Source: Bugula neritina (Eukaryota > Animalia > Bryozoa). From it: 64,000 nucleotides of DNA. The position numbers and the translations under genes were made by a program. A model generated the notes under the pieces. That model searched no databases and was not told where the DNA came from. It worked only from the letters and a program-made list of their open reading frames with translations. Location: positions 2,480,001 to 2,544,000 of the forward strand of contig OZ037770.1 in the NCBI GenBank assembly GCA_964035545.1, in the 5' to 3' direction. Below are positions 42,378 through 64,000 of this stretch, in pieces; the stretch's first letter is position 1; each line of letters starts with the position of its first letter.

Positions 42378-42573
42378 GAGTGTTAGAGTGTTTGCTTAGT
42401 AAGCACGAAGTATGGGTTTGAACCTCAGTGAAGGCCATTGATGATGTTAGAAAGAGCATCTAGTAATAATTGCTCCTGTGCCACATATGAATAAGTCCTT
42501 AGCCCAATTCAGCTAATGCCCTATTCCTCCGGGTTTCTAACGGGGATGGTGAGTATTAATTTGCGTGAGTGAG
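42378..42573 (+). mobile_element. tRNA-derived SINE family A copy, opposite orientation
   Basis: Reverse complement of the family consensus; ends TTGCGTGAGTGAGT. Confidence 0.72.
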
Positions 42574-45500
42574 TTTAATAAAATATAATTTTCTATGAGA
42601 AATTACGTATGAAGTGAAACCAGCAAAGGTTTGTCTCTGGCTCTAAGTTGTGCCCACAATGTCATATTTGAATCAGCAGCCCAAACTAGTAAAGGCAGTA
42701 GCTGTCCAAAAGCAACCTAGATAGTTACACAATGAGCTAGAGTAAATAGGAAACAATCATCATCATATTGGAATTATTTTCCCAGATGCTACACAATCAT
42801 AGTAGAAGTTTTATTCACTAATATAAAATAAACTGATTAGAATTCTAAACACATTTGCTTTAAGAGTGACATCACCAGAGGCACATAATTATACAATTTA
42901 AGCTTAAAGTAGACCTAACTAGTTACATTTAAATAAGTATAAAGCTATAGAGAAATATTTCAACAACCAGCTAAGTACAGTTTCAGAGTTGTGTGCACAT
43001 ACATCTACTAAACTTAGTAATGGTAGCCTTAGGGCTTAGAGAATACTGATTATTGCTAACTTTCATTACACACTATTCTAAGATTGATAACAAGCTAGAG
43101 TAAGTAAGTAAGAAAATAGATTAAGTAGTTATACTAGAAACACCTAGAGCCTAATTTCCACACATAATAATAAAGAGTAGTAAAATGATATGTAACTGAA
43201 AACTGAAGTTTGATCAGAACAGTGGTAAAATATGTATTCAACATAATTACAAAACTCTTAAATTTTGTGTGGTAAAAAAGTTGCAGCATCAAATTCAAAT
43301 TTAATAATATTTAAATTCATCACCAGAGCAGAAAATGGCGGAGAAAGGTGATGAAAAAATTTAATATTATTTCAATGTATATTAAATATAATTTTAATTT
43401 TATGATACATAAACGGATGCCATTACTACTATCAAACTTCGTTCTATTTACTTCGATTGCAATCATGCTGTAAATATAAAACTTCTGCGACTTATTTATT
43501 ATAAACAAGACCAAAGTAATATAATAGCAATCAGTGAAATCAGTAAAGTTTTAAAAACCTAAAATTTAGCTACTCATTTTGCACACACATTTATAGCAAA
43601 TTTGATAATTAGGTTAATGGTTAAATTAGATCTTTTAATACCTAATTTTGTGTAACATGAGTTACAGCCACACTTTGCAGCTGTCATCGTCATATAATTA
43701 ATTTCTAGGCACCTGAGTAATTTAGATTTAATTACAGTAGGTATATTGCAGTTAGAATATAACATTCGAAAGTTAAGGGATTCATATTCATATTGCTACA
43801 TAAAGTCTAATTGAGTGGGCCATTCACTAAAACAGCCATAAGAAAGTCAAGGAATCTATCACCCTGTTAATGGTATTCAGTATATCATTAGAAATTGTGA
43901 CCACCAGCAGGTATATCTGTCACCCTTACTATTTAAAGCAATAATGATCTCAGAGTTTGACTGCTACATAAAATCAAAACTATGATATATACTTTTGTTA
44001 ATGATGATGTTTAATTTTAACTCTAGTGTGAACAGAGCATAATAGTAAGTCAGTCTGTAAGTCAGTGTTGAAGTAAATGTAGCTATTTATAAAAATATTT
44101 CTAAGCTTATGGTGACTACAGTGAGGTTTATGATTTTATGTACTCATACTGTAAGTAATGATCAAAGGGACACCCCAAAACTGAATCTAATACCAATACT
44201 TAAGCGTGCATATGCTAAAATTTAAATCCAATGAGCTTGGTGATTTATATTCACATGACTTATAAAACAATTTAATTTTACATCTCTAGTCGGTGAATAA
44301 TCTACAGTTTAGCTTCAAGCTAATACTTATAGACTGAAGTATTATTATTCTCAGTATAAGTATAGATTAAATTCACGCTGCAATCACTGTAGTTATAATT
44401 ATGGCATTATTATGGCTATACTTTCTCTGGTGCTGAGAGTTGGCAATCCCAAGTCAACTTTACAAGCACCTTGTGATCTACTCGAATCCACATGAACAGT
44501 AATGAAAGTATAATAGTCAGTATGAGTATCACTTTTACTACTACTAGCACTAGTCACAAATACCAATAGTAACTGTAAGTTGTTAGAAGTAGAAGTGAAT
44601 GTTAAAGTCAAATTGTCGTTTTGACAATTACAATCACTGACCGTGAGTTTCGATAATTCAATGATTATTTATGATACTAATACTAATAGTAATACTAATA
44701 CTAATACTGTAATAGTAATACTAGTACTATTACTAATACTAAATTTAATAGTATTACTAGTATTAAATTTAATACCAATAGTAGTACTCATGCTTAACAC
44801 TAACAGGCTTAACAGCGTAAGTATGGATACCAATGTCAATGTGAATATCCCTGGCTACAGGCTAAAACTAAAACTAAAAGTAAAAGTAAAACCATAGACA
44901 GTCCATAGACTCTATGATAGAGAGTGAGTATCAGTATGAGTATAGCTCTCAGTCTCACTCTGAGAGACATATAGTAATGGTTATACTAATAGTAATAATA
45001 ATAATAATCCTAATAGTAATAAATAATATAAGTATCACCATTAGTATTAGTATTACTAATTCATTAATTCACAGTCACACTCACTCTCGGAGTGAGACCC
45101 AATCCCATACTGATAGTGATACTCATACTGCGAGCCAAGGTAATACTAATAGTTTACAATAAAATCAATTTAAGTATTATAAATAAGTTTAAAACACTAA
45201 ATTTAAGTGCATAATGAATAGAAATAATATTAATTTTATCTATGCATCAAAATAAGAAAAGATCAAAATGAATGAAATTTCGTCAGACTATAAGAGCCAA
45301 CGTTTACATGGCTTAGCTCGGGTCTACTGAATTGATTGGTTTGGGGGTTTTACACATTTTATCTATGAACTCAATAATAATTATTCCAGCTCAGTGCATT
45401 TTATTGAACCTAAAAGTCGAAACTCAAGCAATATTCTGCCTTCTGATCTCTCGCTGAACTCACAATGTTATTATGTTAAAAACTCTACTATAGTAACCGG

Positions 45501-47765
45501 TCGAAATGAACGAAAGACATCATTGAAAAAGTACTCGCGAGTACGGAGTTATGAGCAGTTGAAATAGGCCGAAGTTTAAAATGCTGAAAAGACAACTGCC
45601 AAATATTTGCTCCGTGTGCCTATTTGATGCGCAGCAAACGATATTAATATAGGATTTAGACCATGCAGACTTGTTGAATAGAAAACATTCGAATAATTAT
45701 CATAATTAATGCAAGAATACAGGAGCTTAATGCAGTGGTGGTTTACTATTATTGGTGTAGAGAGCCAAAGGTCTTGGTATCTAAATAAATGCATCGAGCT
45801 AAGTTCTCTCCCTTGCTTGTTGGCCCAATCTTCGTGCAGGTTAGAATATAAAAAATCGATGAACTTTGCTAGATTGGGTAACTAGCATGCAGTTGGCACA
45901 TCCATGAAGTGAATACAATGCCCCATATTGTTCATTTAGTGAGTATACTGAGCATGTGCTGTCATCTCACAGAGATATATGACGTATCTTCCGTGAATAT
46001 TGGATGCTAGGGTTATGAAATTATGTGATGACCGTGGAGCATGTTGTGCTGTAATGATCTTGTGAGTTCAGGCAACTAAGCAGAAAACATAATTCCTGGC
46101 AGCTTCTAGGAATAGAAAAGGCCTTCAATAGAATAAGTAGAATAACTTTATTGAGCTATATAAGTATTTACAATAGTGTCTATTTGTGGTGAGCTCCAGT
46201 TGTAGACTGGCTAATAATTGTGAGCTCGCCTTCTTATATAGCAGCAAAAATTCCCTTTCTAAGACTTCGTCCAATCTTTGGTCGCAGTTCGGCCAAAGTT
46301 AAGAGTGGCGGAGCCGGACAGTGGCGGAGATCGCCATGTTCGGGCGCCAGACATTCCGACTGTGCCGATCCTCGGCTGAAGGTTGGTTCACATGAGAAAG
46401 TAATAATATTATATATGAAAATGTGGACAAGGTAATTCTAAAAACTATCACAGTGCTACCCCCTCTTTCTATGCTTACTTGGAGCCATGTCTATGCGTCA
46501 GTATCAAGCAACTATATTACGGTCAAACTGTATTTTGGCATTCATTTGTGCCGCGCTGGCTGTCGCAACAGCCCATTGCGGCCCCCATCACTGGAACCTA
46601 CAAACCAATCAACATCAAAACTTGTCTTTATAAGGAGGACTTTCTGAGCGCCCAGACACACTTGGCTCTTGGAATTATCACCAAGCTAACTAGTGTGTAT
46701 TCTCTATCGTGGTAACTACTTTTACTTTGATATAGTTTTACTTCATAATCAGTGTTCTGCAGCAATCACAATCTCATGTTCTTTCTCAAACTTTCACGCA
46801 AAGAGAAGTATGTTCTAGCATTGCAACACACACACACACAACCCACAATTGTAGGAGCCCGCAAAATATGAATTATCAGCATTCCCTTACATGATATAAT
46901 ATTGTCATCATACAAATTTGCTTTTGATCTTGAATGAGGTAATCAGTTTTAATTTCAGCATTGTTTTTGTTTTATATAAAATATAACTGTGATTAAACAA
47001 AATACAATAAAAGGAAATATAATTATTAAAATAAAAAACTTATGCTGTACAGCAGCTAAACTGTGGCATCATGCATTTGTTTTAGTAAAAGATAAGAAGC
47101 TTCCTAACAGACAATATTACACGACCTCTACGGTGAAGTAGCACATCACTGTGTGTGTTACTCTGCAGAGGTGATAGTAGCACACCTGGACAAGATGAAA
47201 CCCTGTATACAATACATAATATTATTGTAAGCTGACCAAGGCTGGGCCTTTCCCCCCCTGACATATTCTCTAATGTAATAAATATAATAAACTCCAAACT
47301 TCCTTATTTCTGTAATGCTTTATACACAATCAATGCAGCTTACAAAAAGGGAGCCGTAAGACAAACTGTCTATGTCCAGTATATCAATATTCACTGTTTA
47401 TTCACCATGTTAGAGTTGTTTCACTATATACACTACATATGACACGGTGTGCAATAGAGTAACACACCTAAACCTTTACTCATTTGAGAACCACTTGATA
47501 CCATTGTAATAGTACAAAAAATTAAAAACAATACAATCATAAAAATAAAATACAAAAGGAAACGTTTTGCTGCTGCTTAATACATTATGGTAACAGCTGG
47601 AGGGTGGCTACATATTATCATGGATGAGGCTAAGTGCTGTTGAGACTCCATAAATGTTGCTTGGCATTTTGGGTAACATCAATGCGTTATGGTAAAGCAA
47701 ATGCACCAAGAGTAGCTTGTTATGCTCGTGATGAGGCATTATGGGTACTAGTCTGCAGTGATGCA

Positions 47766-63519
<15,754 letters not shown>

Positions 63520-64000
63520 CTGTAATATAAAGTGTATGTAATACATAATCTTATAAAGCGTATCATAATAATGTATACTTAATATGTTACTTTTGTATAC
63601 AACAAGAAAGGTATAGAAGACATAAACTTATGGCAATGAGACACAAAGTGTTCACGGTACCTAGGTGAAAGTCTCTTGGCTACTGTATTAACAATCATGG
63701 CTAATAAAGATAGGTCAGAAGTATTGAGATAGTATATAATCACTATTAAATGACAGATGTATCTGCTTAATATAACTATATACCAACAAGATTTAAACAT
63801 ATTATAGCATTTAACAATGTTATTATATAAACTCTCACCATTTACAGCATATATATACTAAACTGTAATTATACTTTCACATGAGCACTCCTTGACAATT
63901 ATAGGAATAATTGAATTTATATTTTAGACTATATTGTTTGCCTGTTTTTTTCCAATTGGTAAAGCTATAGACAGTATACCTTAAATAATTTTTCACATAT

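Noticed and set aside
44399-45162. Hydrophobic ORFs resembling membrane proteins
   Set aside because: They derive from degenerate (ACTAAT)/(AGTAAT) low-complexity sequence with no splice or domain support.
45290-46720. Higher-complexity intergenic stretch with short ORFs, possibly a transposon remnant or promoter
   Set aside because: No terminal repeats, TSD or recognisable protein motif that I can support.

Overview
AT-rich, intron-rich animal (invertebrate-type) genomic DNA with six spliced protein-coding genes, two LTR retroelements, tRNA-derived SINEs, MITE-like hairpins and many micro- and minisatellites. All exon chains were built by hand from GT/GC-AG sites and checked for reading phase. 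Plus strand: the 3' part of an adhesion GPCR (393-12285) with a young, pol-less LTR element in one intron; a secreted VWA-HYR-Sushi gene (13402-23631); an uncharacterised, mostly low-complexity protein (25280-31461); and a small Cys-rich orphan with a C-terminal transmembrane helix (32724-34393). Minus strand: cytoplasmic tyrosyl-tRNA synthetase (42243-36263) and the standout locus, a 9-exon phase-consistent chain (63519-47766, 5' end outside the window). That chain joins LRRs and a Roc GTPase-COR module (ROCO family) to a complete caspase domain (THG, QACSG). Its LRRs appear to sit on tandemly duplicated symmetric exon cassettes, and a decayed 7.6-kb Gypsy element lies in the intron between the ROCO and caspase halves. 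My inference is a single-chain LRR-sensor / GTPase-switch / caspase-effector receptor; the fusion is predicted from splice phase and needs transcript confirmation.
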